From NCBI GenBank assembly GCA_023231475.1, contig JALJEE010003220.1, positions 1 to 64,000 on the forward strand: a stretch of 64,000 nucleotides of DNA. Reading direction: 5' to 3'. The DNA is from Seison nebaliae (lineage: Eukaryota). Under the pieces are notes generated by a model. That model did no database searches. It saw only the letters and a program-made list of their open reading frames with translations, and was not told the origin of the DNA. Below are positions 42,705 through 55,236 of the stretch, one piece after another. Every line of letters begins with the position of its first letter. Position 1 is the first letter of the stretch. The translations under genes were made by a program, and so were the position numbers.

Positions 42705-43508
42705 ACCACTTGAATGCACTGATCGTCATCTTTATGATGAGAATAATTAATTGATTTAATAATATTATTGGACATGTCAAAAATTCAATTTTCTATTTCT
42801 ACTAATTAAACCTTTAATTCCCTCACAATAGCTTTCTTCTTTCGTATTATTGAGAATTTTTAATAATATTTTTAAAAGTAATCATTTTGCAATTGAAGAA
42901 TATTAACACGAAAAATTATCATCGTTTATTTTTCCCAATTATTGAATAATGGATAGAGCGTGCATGGAAATGAACTTGATTTCCATTGAAGATCAAGAGA
43001 CGGATAAATTAATATAAACTAATTCACAATATGATTAAATGATAAATGATGAGACTATTTACGTAGGATAACATATAGAGAGTTAATGCGACTATTATTC
43101 AACGATACATGTCGTTAAATGTGATTATATAGAAAGAGTCAAGAAGAAATCTGAGAAGTCAACACGATGATAATGGGAGAAATCAACAAACTGATAATGG
43201 AAGAAGCTTCGATTTTAAGAGCGATGATGAGAAATCATGTATCATGTGAAAGTGTGAATAATCGGATAGAGGAAGAAGAGTTGTCATGAATTGGAATTTT
43301 GGTGTTATTTGGAAAAATATTGATACAGGAAATATTAAAGAATTAAAGAAAAAAAAAGAAAGGGGGGACACATTCGACATGGATGGAGTATAATGTGAAT
43401 GGGGAATAATTTATTAGGGTGAAAAGAAGAGATTGCATTTCAATCAAAAGAGAAATAGATGAATTTGATTGTAAATTTAAAATTAGTCCTATTCTTTTAA
43501 ATTGGGAG

Positions 43509-46500
43509 ATGACGAGCTTGTTTATTGCGTTCAATTTATTCATTGTATTTTGTGGTGGATGTGTGAAAGGAGTGGAGGTGAGTAATGAAAGGAATGCAGA
43601 AGAGATCGCTCACATTTATTTCGAGACTTGTATGGAACATTGTTCGAATGGATTGAAGAATGACACTTCATTCTCTTGTTTTATTACGAATGAGAAATAT
43701 TTGAATAAATTGGATGAATCGAATAAAATTGAACGTGAAAGAAGTAAAATATTTTGTCATCGAAATGAGAAAGATGAAGATTATTCCAAATATTTTTATT
43801 CAAATCAAATTTATTTAAATCATTCATCTTATCGTCATGACGGTGGGAATGATGAAGATGTTCGATTCTTATTATTCTCTGGAAATAAATGGAATGGTAA
43901 ACACATTCGTCATTATATCAAATTATTCGCAGATGATGGTGGAAGTCTAATGATTTATTTAAGACGATTCGACGAATTACCACGATTAATTTTAGATCGA
44001 GAAGATATTGTGATGAGTAATGATGGGAAAGGAATTGTTCAACAATTAAAACATTTCTTCCATCATATTAAACGATATGTGCGAATTATTGGGAAATTAC
44101 TCGTTAATTTTGTGGAACGTTTAAGAAGGAGAAAAATGAAAGATTCGAGATCATTGAACGTATCACTCATCATCGACGATTTACGTGACACATCCAAAAT
44201 TTATGTTCAACAATTTTATGATTGGAAATATTATTTCTTCACTTTCCACGATCAATTGTCTATCGATATCAATATCGAATGTATCACCATCATGAACTGC
44301 AACAAATTATCATTCCTCCTCAACAACAACAACAACGAGAATTGGTGGGAGGATCGCGACAATTCATTTATTAACATTAAACATCAATTAAATATTTTAA
44401 ATAATTCAAATCTCGTTTTCATTGATAATCAATTCTTCTCACCGTTTTGTGACGATTATCATCACGATCGATATTCTTGTCAACAGATTCGTTTATTGAA
44501 TAATGGGAAAATCAATTCGGATTATCTTTCACATTTCTTTCAATTTCCACGACAAGAATCCAGGAAATGGACGAAGGCAGTTCATTTTGAATTGTTAAAT
44601 TATGAGCGAAATTTCAGAAATCGATTACGAATCGATATCGATCGAGAAGAGATTCATTATCAATTATTCTATTTGTTATCACTCCGTTATTCGTTGGATA
44701 TATTTGTGAATAATAAATATTTAGATTTCCAATCAATCAATCGAACGAATTATCCATTACTCATCAATCCGATTGGTGAGAAGATGAAAAAAAAGAATAT
44801 TTATCAAATCTCTTATGAAATTGATGATTGTTGTCAAATGAATATTTTGGATAGGAATCAAGGTGCTCTCATTGGTAATTGTTCGATGAATTCATCGAAT
44901 ATGAATCGAACACGACAATTATTGGAACATCCTCCACTTAACTATCGATATTATCCAGAAATTGGCGAGACAATTCAATTATTTTGTCCACTTTCTATTC
45001 ATGAGACTAATATTGATGGAAATCATTCGGATTGGAATGAATTAAAACAAATCGAATTGGAAGAGGATTCGGTGGAATATTGGTGGAGTAATAATCGCAA
45101 TCAATTGTTCTATACGAATAAACAACGATTTAATATCCATCGAATTCAATTACAACATTCCGGTATCTGGTATTGTCATATGAGAACGATTAATGAATAT
45201 TCATCCGCCACTCTCTATCTCTCTATCGATTATTCATTATTATCTCGTGTTATGTGGCAATCTGTTCAAATTGGTCTTTTACTCAGCATATTCTTCCTCA
45301 CCATATGTAGTATCGTTCTCGGCATTTATCAATGTATCATTCTTCTCTTCTGTAGGAAACGAGTAATTCGATCAAATATGAGGAAGATTAAACGTGTCCT
45401 CCAACAATCCAATAATTATCGATTGAAACATATCCGTTATCTTCAACATAACTACACCAATCTTGCAAGATCAGTTAAAGAGAAATGTGTCGACGATATC
45501 GAACAATTAGCGATGGAATGGAAAGATCTACCCGTACCAGTCGAACGACGACTCATTCTACAAGACGGAGCGGAACGTATTCTTCGCATCTCACATGATG
45601 AGATCGTTCGATTGAGAGTTGAATATGAGACGGAAGTGGCGAAATTGAATGTGAAATGTCAAAGAACGGTGGAAATGTTACGTGATCGATATCAATTGGA
45701 ATCGATTCCTTTACAGAATCTCTGGAATGAGATTATGGAGACGACAATTGATATCGATCTGAATGATTTCAAAAAGAAGAGGAAACCCAGAAAGAAAATA
45801 ATCATCAATTGTACCGCAACGAATAATATCGAAATGAAATTGGATAATGATGACGATGGTGATGGAGATGGAATGAAAGAAATGAAGAATCATCTACAAA
45901 GTGATGATAGAAAAGATCTGACGCATTTATTTGATAAGGAGGAGATCGAATTGTTGAACAAGAGTAACATTTGTGAAAATATAGACGAGAATGGGAAGTT
46001 GAAAGGAATTGCTGTGATGGAATCGAATCGATTATTGAACAAAAATAATTCGTTGAATATCATCAAAAATTTCAATAAAGAATTATGCGACGTCACTCAG
46101 ACGAGATATAAGGAGAATGTTGAATATCAGGAATTAATAGAACTTCTCATTGAGAGGACGGAGGAGACGATCGACAAAGTTTGTTTAGACGAATTCAATT
46201 TCGATTATAATTCACTTCTGGATGATAAGTGTATGGAGGACGACGATGAGAATCGACGGAAAGATAATCCGTTTACGAATTTATTATATAATTCCTTCTG
46301 GTCTTCCTCTCACTTATTGACGATGATTATTAGTGATTTAGGTAAATTGATGAAAAGAAATCAACCCTCCACCAGTGACGGTTGGCGATTTTATCAATCG
46401 TCGAAAAATCGAATGGCAATGTTTTTTAGTCACATTTCCAAATCATCAATTAATTTAAATGAGATTTATATTCAACGAATTTTCCGATTATTATTCGATG

Positions 46501-48251
46501 ATTGGATGAAAGATGAAAATGTTGTCAATGCATCGAATGAGAAAACGAGACGTCAGGACAATTTATTAGAAGCGCCATCTTATCATCATCATCGAACATC
46601 GTCAGTAGATCGGAAGATTTTCTCTTCCTCAATCAACGACGATCAAATGTTATATGATTATCTACATTGTGATAATGAGAAATATTGTAATGACGATGAA
46701 TTGATGGATATTTATTCGTTGAATGATTTAATGGAATTTAATGAGAATGAATTCATTAATCATTTCCAATTCAACTCACAATTAAAACGATCACATTCAA
46801 TGTCTGACATTTATCATTCACATTCTCTCACATCATCCATTCGTCATTTGAAGACGAATGAAATCATAAATTCTTCTCCTGATGATGATGTTGAAAGAAA
46901 TTTATCCTCCTTCTCAACATCACTCTATCAATTGAATAGTTTATTGAATGAGGATGATGGAAATCATCAGAAGTTTCTTATCAATCCAAATTATCATGAA
47001 ACGGATGAGACTGTCAATGATCATTATATCGGTTCTGCTCTCGATCAATTGAATCAATTGAATACGAAAAAGTTATTAGAGAATTCGCGAGATGATACAA
47101 ATCTAGTCAATTCAACAACAATGCCCGATATCTCATTTAAAGATGATGGTGGAGCGAAAGGAAAGAAACGACAAAAAATGTTACCAATCGATTCATTATA
47201 TCCATTTGATTTCATTTATAATTGTGCCATCAAAACATTACATGCTTGTTCGATTCGACGAGAATCACCATCAAATAAATCAAAGAATGAAAATCATCAT
47301 GAAAATGATTTGAAGAAAGACAACAACAATAACAACAATATTAATAAGATATTTAAAAATTTAACAAATTTCGTCCAACAACCATTCCCACAAGATAAAT
47401 ATGGAAAGATTTTATCATCCGATTGGCAAACGGTTCGCAAACGCTTTTTACATCTATTGCGACGATTGCCGAATACGTTGAATTATCTCACCAACACCTC
47501 CTCCTCCTCCACTTTATCTAAAAGTTATTCGAATCGTCAGACCTCGTCACTTACTCGTCATGGGAATATGGTGAGAGATCGTTTATTGTCACACCGATTA
47601 TTCTCTATAACGACAAAGCAGAAAATGGAGAAAGTCAAATCGGAGACTCAACTTTTCATATTGAACGATCAACATAATCATGAATCGAGGAAGAAGAAAA
47701 GACATGTGAGAAATGTCAGTGCTCTGCCCAATCTGCCCATGAAAACTGAGAAGAATTCTCGTCCAATTCTCACCGAAAAAGACGAACAAATGTCTCACAT
47801 ATCACGAGAGATGAAATATTTATTGAAATTATTATCGAAAATGTATTCACAGAATATCGATTGTAAATCCACATTAGCTGCACTTCTCGTACTTCTCATT
47901 CAAGAGAAGGAATTATATCAATTGAATTTATTGAAAAATCAATCGGTCGTTAATACTGGAAGGAGTGAGAGGACAAAAGAGAAAAAGAAAATTTCAAATT
48001 TCCATCCCAATAATGATTTATCACCAACCATTCGTTTTGATAACAATGACGGTAATGAAGAACATGTGCATTTGTTAAACGATTCAATCGATACACATCA
48101 AATCAAATTTGCCACATTATGGCATTGGCTGAAAAGTGGTAGCTCATCATTAAAAATGCCCGTTTGGTTAAATACCGTTTTCTTCGCCACACCACCCCAA
48201 TCACAACAACAACAACAGAAACCACTGCCCCAACAACAGTTTTGTGAATAG
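43509..48251 (+). CDS. Type I membrane protein with an Ig domain, divergent IGLR-2/CG16974-like; apparently intronless, ~1,580 aa
   Basis: Signal-like MTSLFIAFNLFIVFCGGCVKG; Ig domain GETIQLFCP...EYWW...IHRIQLQHSGIWYCH; TM SVQIGLLLSIFFLTICSIVLGIY; juxtamembrane NNYRLKHIRYLQHNYTNLARSVKEKC. Family assignment is from memory of the IGLR-2 cytoplasmic helical motif, not from a search. Confidence 0.7.
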   Translation: MTSLFIAFNLFIVFCGGCVKGVEVSNERNAEEIAHIYFETCMEHCSNGLKNDTSFSCFITNEKYLNKLDESNKIERERSKIFCHRNEKDEDYSKYFYSNQIYLNHSSYRHDGGNDEDVRFLLFSGNKWNGKHIRHYIKLFADDGGSLMIYLRRFDELPRLILDREDIVMSNDGKGIVQQLKHFFHHIKRYVRIIGKLLVNFVERLRRRKMKDSRSLNVSLIIDDLRDTSKIYVQQFYDWKYYFFTFHDQLSIDINIECITIMNCNKLSFLLNNNNNENWWEDRDNSFINIKHQLNILNNSNLVFIDNQFFSPFCDDYHHDRYSCQQIRLLNNGKINSDYLSHFFQFPRQESRKWTKAVHFELLNYERNFRNRLRIDIDREEIHYQLFYLLSLRYSLDIFVNNKYLDFQSINRTNYPLLINPIGEKMKKKNIYQISYEIDDCCQMNILDRNQGALIGNCSMNSSNMNRTRQLLEHPPLNYRYYPEIGETIQLFCPLSIHETNIDGNHSDWNELKQIELEEDSVEYWWSNNRNQLFYTNKQRFNIHRIQLQHSGIWYCHMRTINEYSSATLYLSIDYSLLSRVMWQSVQIGLLLSIFFLTICSIVLGIYQCIILLFCRKRVIRSNMRKIKRVLQQSNNYRLKHIRYLQHNYTNLARSVKEKCVDDIEQLAMEWKDLPVPVERRLILQDGAERILRISHDEIVRLRVEYETEVAKLNVKCQRTVEMLRDRYQLESIPLQNLWNEIMETTIDIDLNDFKKKRKPRKKIIINCTATNNIEMKLDNDDDGDGDGMKEMKNHLQSDDRKDLTHLFDKEEIELLNKSNICENIDENGKLKGIAVMESNRLLNKNNSLNIIKNFNKELCDVTQTRYKENVEYQELIELLIERTEETIDKVCLDEFNFDYNSLLDDKCMEDDDENRRKDNPFTNLLYNSFWSSSHLLTMIISDLGKLMKRNQPSTSDGWRFYQSSKNRMAMFFSHISKSSINLNEIYIQRIFRLLFDDWMKDENVVNASNEKTRRQDNLLEAPSYHHHRTSSVDRKIFSSSINDDQMLYDYLHCDNEKYCNDDELMDIYSLNDLMEFNENEFINHFQFNSQLKRSHSMSDIYHSHSLTSSIRHLKTNEIINSSPDDDVERNLSSFSTSLYQLNSLLNEDDGNHQKFLINPNYHETDETVNDHYIGSALDQLNQLNTKKLLENSRDDTNLVNSTTMPDISFKDDGGAKGKKRQKMLPIDSLYPFDFIYNCAIKTLHACSIRRESPSNKSKNENHHENDLKKDNNNNNNINKIFKNLTNFVQQPFPQDKYGKILSSDWQTVRKRFLHLLRRLPNTLNYLTNTSSSSTLSKSYSNRQTSSLTRHGNMVRDRLLSHRLFSITTKQKMEKVKSETQLFILNDQHNHESRKKKRHVRNVSALPNLPMKTEKNSRPILTEKDEQMSHISREMKYLLKLLSKMYSQNIDCKSTLAALLVLLIQEKELYQLNLLKNQSVVNTGRSERTKEKKKISNFHPNNDLSPTIRFDNNDGNEEHVHLLNDSIDTHQIKFATLWHWLKSGSSSLKMPVWLNTVFFATPPQSQQQQQKPLPQQQFCE

Positions 48252-48560
48252 AAATTTATTTTCAACTAAACGTCTCGTTCCAATTTTCGATTTGGAGTCT
48301 ATTATCCGTTTTATGTTCGGCATATGGTCCCGTACGTGGAATTCGTTTCTGACAAAGATCGATCCATTCGAAAATCATATCGTAAAAACCTGGAATGAGA
48401 ATAGAAGAATATATTATTCATTTTCCCCATATTCAATTTTGTGATTCAAATTTAATTTAATCCAAATCAAATTTTTTCCTTTTCCTCTCCTCGATCATCC
48501 ACTCCCCGTTCACTCACATCACCAATGATGACATTGTATCATCATTCAATTTCACGTAAT

Positions 48561-49437
48561 TTATTTAAATAAACTTTTTGAAAACGATTTTCTTTCTCCT
48601 CTTTTAACAATTACATCATAATAATAACCTATTAATTGTAAGAGAACTCGAATGAGAACTGTGGTACATAGAACAATTGTCGGTACGCAATTTAAGAGAA
48701 TAATAAAATTTTGATGAATTTTATCGCTCACTATCTGGACTATATGAAATCGTTCTTCATCACGACGTTTTCGATAGAGAGCTAAATCGTCGTCATATTT
48801 ACAGTATCGATAACAACGCGTTTCCTCGATCGTATTATAAGATGCACAAGGAACAGACATACATTCTCTAGTTCGTACACGGAAACCTGCATGAGTACAC
48901 ACTTTCGCCCTAACCCAACACGTGGAGAGATGAAGTGAATTGATGAATTGAGAGAAAAATGTTGAACTTATAATCTAAATATTTATCAGCGTCATTGGTA
49001 GTGGGAGCGATGTAACAATCACTCCAAGCAGACCACGAAGAGAAACGATGTTGACAAGTCGTTAGGAGTGAATGATGATAATCTTTAATTATTTCGTCTA
49101 AAGGAACATAACAGACACGCCGAGTTTTACATGCTTGTGCTAAACCGAGTAATTCCACCATAACCTCATAGTCAATCTTTTGATCCATAATCGGAACTAA
49201 CATATCACTCTCTTTACATTTGTAGAATTTGATACTAGAACATTGATTCGTCGCATTGTTTCCCATGAGATGGAGACAGGAATAAATATATGATCTATCC
49301 ATTTTATGGACCATATAGTATTGGAGGATTTGACGAATATCATAATGATGAAGTAAATTGATGACTTTGAAAGCTCTGCTCATTTTATTTGACATTAACA
49401 TTAACATGAATAACGACAAGATGTTAGTTGAGCGCAT
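48561..49437 (-). CDS. Signal peptide, TSP1 domain and C-terminal TM protein; 2 exons
   Basis: WSAWSDC joins across intron 48910-48967 (GTT..TAG, phase 2) to KAKVCTHAGFRVRTREC...EETRC, followed by hydrophobic FIILLNCVPTIVLCTTVLI. Confidence 0.8.
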
Positions 49438-50225
49438 TATTCCGTTTGTGACGTAAAACGATTATTAATAAGAAAACTCGTTTAAACTTTGAAAATAAAG
49501 TGATTGTTGGAAACTATTCGAATTTAAGGGGAGGGGATGACTTGAGAATGTTTGTGTCATTTCTCGTATCTTTACCAAGCGTACTCATCTAGAAATGTCA
49601 TTGTCATGACAACTGAAAAAGTTGGAGGTGAAGGGGAGGAAGTTACAGGTAACACACAATGACGTGATCAACATCGACGGGAGAGTGTTGGGAGAAAAAC
49701 GGTAAATTTCCGAAAAAATCCTTCTCATTGTCATGAAGAAGGATAGCGGCGATGTGAACGCAGTTGCTAGGGGAGAGTGGACCGATAGATATGGAGGAAG
49801 CAGAATAATAAAAGGAATTGAAATTATTCCAGTCATAATGTTTATTGCTTAATTCATTATTTCTAGTATAAATGTAATTTGTATAAATGATTATACAAAT
49901 CGAAAGGAACACAATAAATTCCACAAAGGAAACTTTTCTTGATTTCTTCCAATCAAATAGAGAAATCTTTAACTTCCACATCTCCCCCAACTCTATTTCT
50001 TTTCCAGTACATTTTTTTTAATATCAAGTTTCCCTTCAAATCATTAGAATCACACAGAAGATTTATTAAAGAAACAAATTTCCTTCTCAAAACAAAAATT
50101 TCATTTTTATTCAAAACAATCGAATCTTTTTCAATAATATTTCTTCCCTTTTATTCCACTCTACTAAAAATATTACTGGAGTTAAATTTACATCACACTT
50201 TTTACGCTAGTCATTCACACGCAAC

Positions 50226-50699
50226 ATGGGCAATTCATATGGTTCTGACAATTTCATGACAGAAGCCATTAAAACCCACAACGAATATAGGAAGAAACAC
50301 GGCATCGATAAATTGGAACACAATAACGAATTAGATCGTCTAGCTGACGGTTTCGCGAAAGAGATTGCAAAATCTGGTCAAATTTATCATGGTCGAACGC
50401 GCTACAAAAATGGACAAGTGGGAGAGAATATCGCTATGTATTTCTCACCAGCCGGTACAGAACTAACTGGTCGTCTCGCAACTGATATGTGGTATAGGGA
50501 AGGAGCGAAACATGACTACAATGAAGACCATCAAAATGGTACTGGTCATTTTACTCAAGTTATTTGGAAATCGACGAGAGAAGTCGGATTCGGTCGAGCT
50601 AAAGCTGATGACGGTAGATGGTTCTTCGTCGCTTTTTATTATCCACCCGGAAATATATTAAATCGATATCGTGACAATGTTCTTCCTCTCAAAAAATGA
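50226..50699 (+). CDS. glipr2: GAPR-1/GLIPR2-like CAP (SCP) domain protein
   Basis: MGNS start, HNEYRKKHG, GENIA, WYRE, GHFTQVIWKSTREVGFG, VAFYYPPGN. Confidence 0.9.
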   Translation: MGNSYGSDNFMTEAIKTHNEYRKKHGIDKLEHNNELDRLADGFAKEIAKSGQIYHGRTRYKNGQVGENIAMYFSPAGTELTGRLATDMWYREGAKHDYNEDHQNGTGHFTQVIWKSTREVGFGRAKADDGRWFFVAFYYPPGNILNRYRDNVLPLKK

Positions 50700-51048
50700 T
50701 AAACTAGTAAAATTATTCTTTTATATTTTTATGTTGAAAAAAATTTCTAATAATTTCTAATTAGTTTCAAAACTGATTTATAGAAATTTCGTATTTACTT
50801 AATTAAAAAATCGTTTTTTCTTCTTCTTCTTCTTCTCGATGAATTTGTGGAGAATTCTCAAAAATTAATTCCATTAAAATTTTATTTGACATTAAAATTT
50901 CAATTCCACAAATTTCCACAACTTACCGTTTGAACAACAATAAATTTCAGTTATTGATCTGATGATTTTCAGTTGAATGAACTTGTAATTTAACTTGTAA
51001 ATTTGAAACGATCAGAATTTTTCATTCATAAATATTTTTATTGGAGAT

Positions 51049-52172
51049 TCAATAGACGATATCTAACGGATTAGTTGTCGTTAAAGATTTGTAGATTCTT
51101 TTTGATAATTCTTTTCCAACTATCCGTCTCGATTGAATCACTCCATTACTTCGACGGATTTCGACGTTTGTTAATAATTCAGAGGAAGTACATTCATCCG
51201 AATGAGAATATGCGTCGAACAATTTACGAGGAGTTGAATATTCTTCCGTGATTGCTTCAGCAATCTCCATGGAAACGGAAGAGATTTGAGTTAACATCAA
51301 TTTCCAAATATGTTTTATTTGTGATGAAGAAGAAGTAGCGTTTAACGAACCTAAATTACTGGAAGTTGAATTGGATTGATTAATGGATGATGGATCGATT
51401 ACTTGTCCATCCAACGAGACCATATCACTCAAATTGATTTTCCTTTTACAAATTTATAAAAATTTACAATAAACAAACTTTAAACTTAGTTGGTAATTGA
51501 GAAATGGATTTAGTGACACAATAAATTATTTGAGAGATTTGTTCACTCGATTCACAGAATCGGAAAATGCATTTGTTGTTAAAAGAGAACTGTGTTCTAA
51601 TGAATTCTTTTTCAAATTGTTTCACAGAGAATAAATTATTCTTATTCTTTTTCAACTTCTTCATTAGACTCAACCAACAACCGACTAATATTAAGAAATT
51701 TTCAGCTGAGGCAAATGTGGAGGATAGATGAGTGACATATGACTGAAAATTATTTCCATTCAATAATTCCCATAATTCATCTCCCGTCATCACATGCAGA
51801 ATTATTGGTAATTGTTTCTTTTCTGTTTCGATGTTAATCTGATAAGAATTAAACGATTTTTATTCAAACAAAATTAACTGACGGTTCTACATTCCTTTGA
51901 TCGATGGAATAAGTGGAACGATTCTCCGTCCAACACACACAATTCTTGAACGGAAGTTTCTCCATCGAACATTGAATATCGTTCGATTGTAATCGAGAGA
52001 GACATTCGGCACTCTTCATTGGTAAGTTTAACCATTCCTCATCGAACCAAACGTGCAAATTCTTCAAAATATTTCCCGGTTTCACTTGATTGGAATTTCC
52101 ACTCTCAACTTTCTTCTCTAATTGTGCTAACTTCCTTCGACGTTTCTCATCTTCGCTTAATCTATTTGGCAT
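51049..52172 (-). CDS. eme1: EME1, non-catalytic partner of MUS81 endonuclease; 3 exons, ~346 aa
   Basis: C-terminus WKLMLTQISSVSMEIAEAITEEYSTPRKLFDAY...LLTNVEIRR...RRIVGKELSKRIY. Introns 51839-51878 and 51443-51485 keep the frame. Confidence 0.87.
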
Positions 52173-52551
52173 TTTTAATTTTTTTAATCGTCTTTAGCTT
52201 AAATTTAATTTAGACGACTTCAATTAGTTATTTATATATAGATATATACGTATATAATATATCAATTAGCTGTAGCTGACTATATTTCCTTCTTTCTCAT
52301 AATAAAGAATTTTATTTTATTCAATTCATCAAAGTTGATCATTTTATATTTTTCAAATTATTTTCTTGATGAAAATGATTTTTTTCTCATAAAATTTCCC
52401 TAAAGTTCTGATGAATTTATGAATTATTTTTCTATAAAATTTCTGATAATGATTCATGATTTGTTTTCGAAAGAAAATGATATAGAGAGATTTTAAATTT
52501 TATTATTAAATATATGTGTTCTTAACTGAAAAAATATATTGTAGGAAAAAA

Positions 52552-53242
52552 TTACAAATTATTCTCACATTCCACTGTCATGTCGATGAGAAGTTTCTTT
52601 TTCTTGTGCATGATTCGATAGAAGTCGAGAAGTAAATCTTCGTCATCGAAAACGTCATTTTGATCGTCATCCAACTTACATTTATTCAACAGATGTTCTA
52701 TATAATAAGTGACCACGTTCTCCGAATTGAGATTTCGAGCAACTCGAATATCTTTTGTAGTGGGATCATTTTTCTCTAAATTCACATTACTAAAAATAAA
52801 AAAAGTTTATGATGAAAAGACGAAAGAGAAAAATTGACGATTTGATATTAATTTCACTTAAATTTTCCGTTTTCTTTTTAATGGAGAACATTCCGTTCAT
52901 TTTTTCCGTTTTACATTCGTCATCCTCCGATTCATCGTTTGACGATAGTCTCATCGTGTACATATTCTTTGAATATAAATTATTCAGTAAGATCTGTCCA
53001 TCATCGTCGTCTGAATCAACCTCACTATCAGACGATGGTTCTATATCAGTCGCGTAATTCTCTAGAGTTTCATCATTTGGCAACTGATAATTGTCTAAGG
53101 CAAATGCCGAATTATCTCCATCATCTTCTTCCTCATTTTCATGGATGAACACTCGATCATCTGATTCGATACTCAGTCCCTTCACTGAATTAATGATGTT
53201 CTTCATTTTTAATTCGTGACGTAATCCCACTAAAATTCCCAA
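52552..53242 (-). CDS. Unknown acidic protein, probably 2 exons
   Basis: Two adjacent ORFs with D/E-rich composition, separated by a T-rich stretch ending TTTTAG at 52790. No family recognised. Confidence 0.5.
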
Positions 53243-54429
53243 GTTTAATTTCCTTTATGGTTGTCAGTCAGACTAGATTGTGTCATCAATCAAATTAATA
53301 TTTCACATTATTCACCATAATAGTCTTACATAGGTATAGTATTTCTTAATCTGACAGACGGAAACATCTCTCTAATCCCCAATAGTTGTAATTAATTTAA
53401 GTCTTAAAATAAATTTCATATTCGCTTTCGATCACCACAACTAGTAACCATGACAAATATATATATATATATATATAAAATAAAATGGGGCCAAACATAT
53501 ATTGCCATTGGAATACGTATAAATAATCTAATGACGGAATCTAATTTCCACGTTTCTCATCTTTCAAGCGACGATCTTTTTCATAATCGATCAGTATTCT
53601 GTCATACCCTTCGGTACTACGGTTTGTCGCAGAATATTCATCTACAGGATTTCAGAGATTTTATTTTTTCATACGACCCCACGGAATCTATGCCCATCGA
53701 TCGGGAATCTCCCGCTGAATTACGTAGACTGATCAATATTGGCGAAGATCCAAATTTTTTTACTTTATTTTCTTCTTTATCCCGACGGGAATTTCATTAA
53801 TAAAATAATAATAATTATTAATTAATTTAATAATTGTTCAAACTTTGTTCAAACATCTGATGTGAACACCTTTCAAGAATAGCATCTTTGAACAATGTAT
53901 AGGAGTTTCATGAAATATGTTTTTTATAAATCCAGACTCCAAACTTTTCGTTCGAAAAATGTATATTCTGTTGGTGTTCGTTCGGACAGCTCTAATTGGA
54001 AGAAGACTTATCACTGACAATTTGTACAGTAATCTATCTCATTTTCTTTTTATCTTACCCCGATGGAACTTGATTATATAATAAAAAAACTTGATAAATT
54101 TTGCTGGTTTTATTTGAATATATCCAATAGTGTAAAAAAATATGTTTTTGATGTATTATTGGAACAAGAGATCTGAAGAAATTGATCTCTAATATGTCGT
54201 CGAAGAATTCCGACGAAAGCGTCCCTGACGCTCCATCAATCTCTGAGGAGATGTTGGATGCTATACAGAAGATAGAAAACAATCTGTTAAAGAACGGTCA
54301 GCCCACAAAACGTATCACGTCAAAAAAAGGTCGATCAAGTTCTAGATCTGCCAGAGTGACGAATGGTCAGCTTCTCAGTGGCATTGACAGACTGAAAGAA
54401 ACATTGGGGAAGAAAGATTCGGTTTGAAA

Positions 54430-55236
54430 AAAAGAAAGGTTTGAAATTGAAGAACAAATGCAACTCTTGCGCCAAAAGATTGGTACAAGTTTTTGATTAA
54501 TTGTTGCGGTAGTTGATTCCATGCATTTTGTATGCCTTTTTTCAAATTTTCAATTGAATCACATTGAATTCTATCGCGGTAAGTTTCGCGACTAAGCCAA
54601 GACCATACTTCCTCAATGATATTGAGGTCTGGACTAATAGCTGGCCAGTTTATGGGCTTAATTTCATTTTTTTCCAAATATGATTTGGTGAAGGCGGATG
54701 TATGCGGCCTGGTATTATCTTGTTGAAAGACTTTTCCAGGATTTGATGATAGCATTGGAATCAAAAATTCATCCAGTATTTCACAATATTTTTCTGAATT
54801 AATACGACCACCATTTATAAAACATATTTCCGATTTACAATCAAGGTCAATAGCAGCCCAAACTGTAACCCCTTTAAGTCTACCAAATTGACTTTTTGAA
54901 AAAACTTTCTCTTCCGTGCGGATGTCATGCCAATAATATGAGTATCCGTCGGGACCATCTAGGTTAAACTTTTTTTCATCCAAAAAAACTAGACTCTTGA
55001 AATTCAACCCTTCGCTTAACCACTTAGAGCAAGCTTCCACCCTTTTTTTCTTATGTTCTTCTTTCATTTTGGGTACGGCATTCAATTTTCTTCTTTCTAA
55101 GTTTTCATTCTTCTTGATTGCCAATCTAACCGACTCCGTTGAAATAGATAAATTGAGGTTTTCTTTGATTTTTCGACAAGAATGACGACTATTGGTAGCC
55201 TCTTTACAGATTAAATGGTTGACTCGGTCACTAATT
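54430..55236 (-). mobile_element. Tc1/mariner (Tc3-like, DD34E) transposase, 5'-truncated
   Basis: LVFLDEKKFNLDGPDG, VTVWAAI, FQQDN...WPAISPDLNIIE with 34 residues between the second D and E. No start codon or TIRs seen. Confidence 0.92.
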
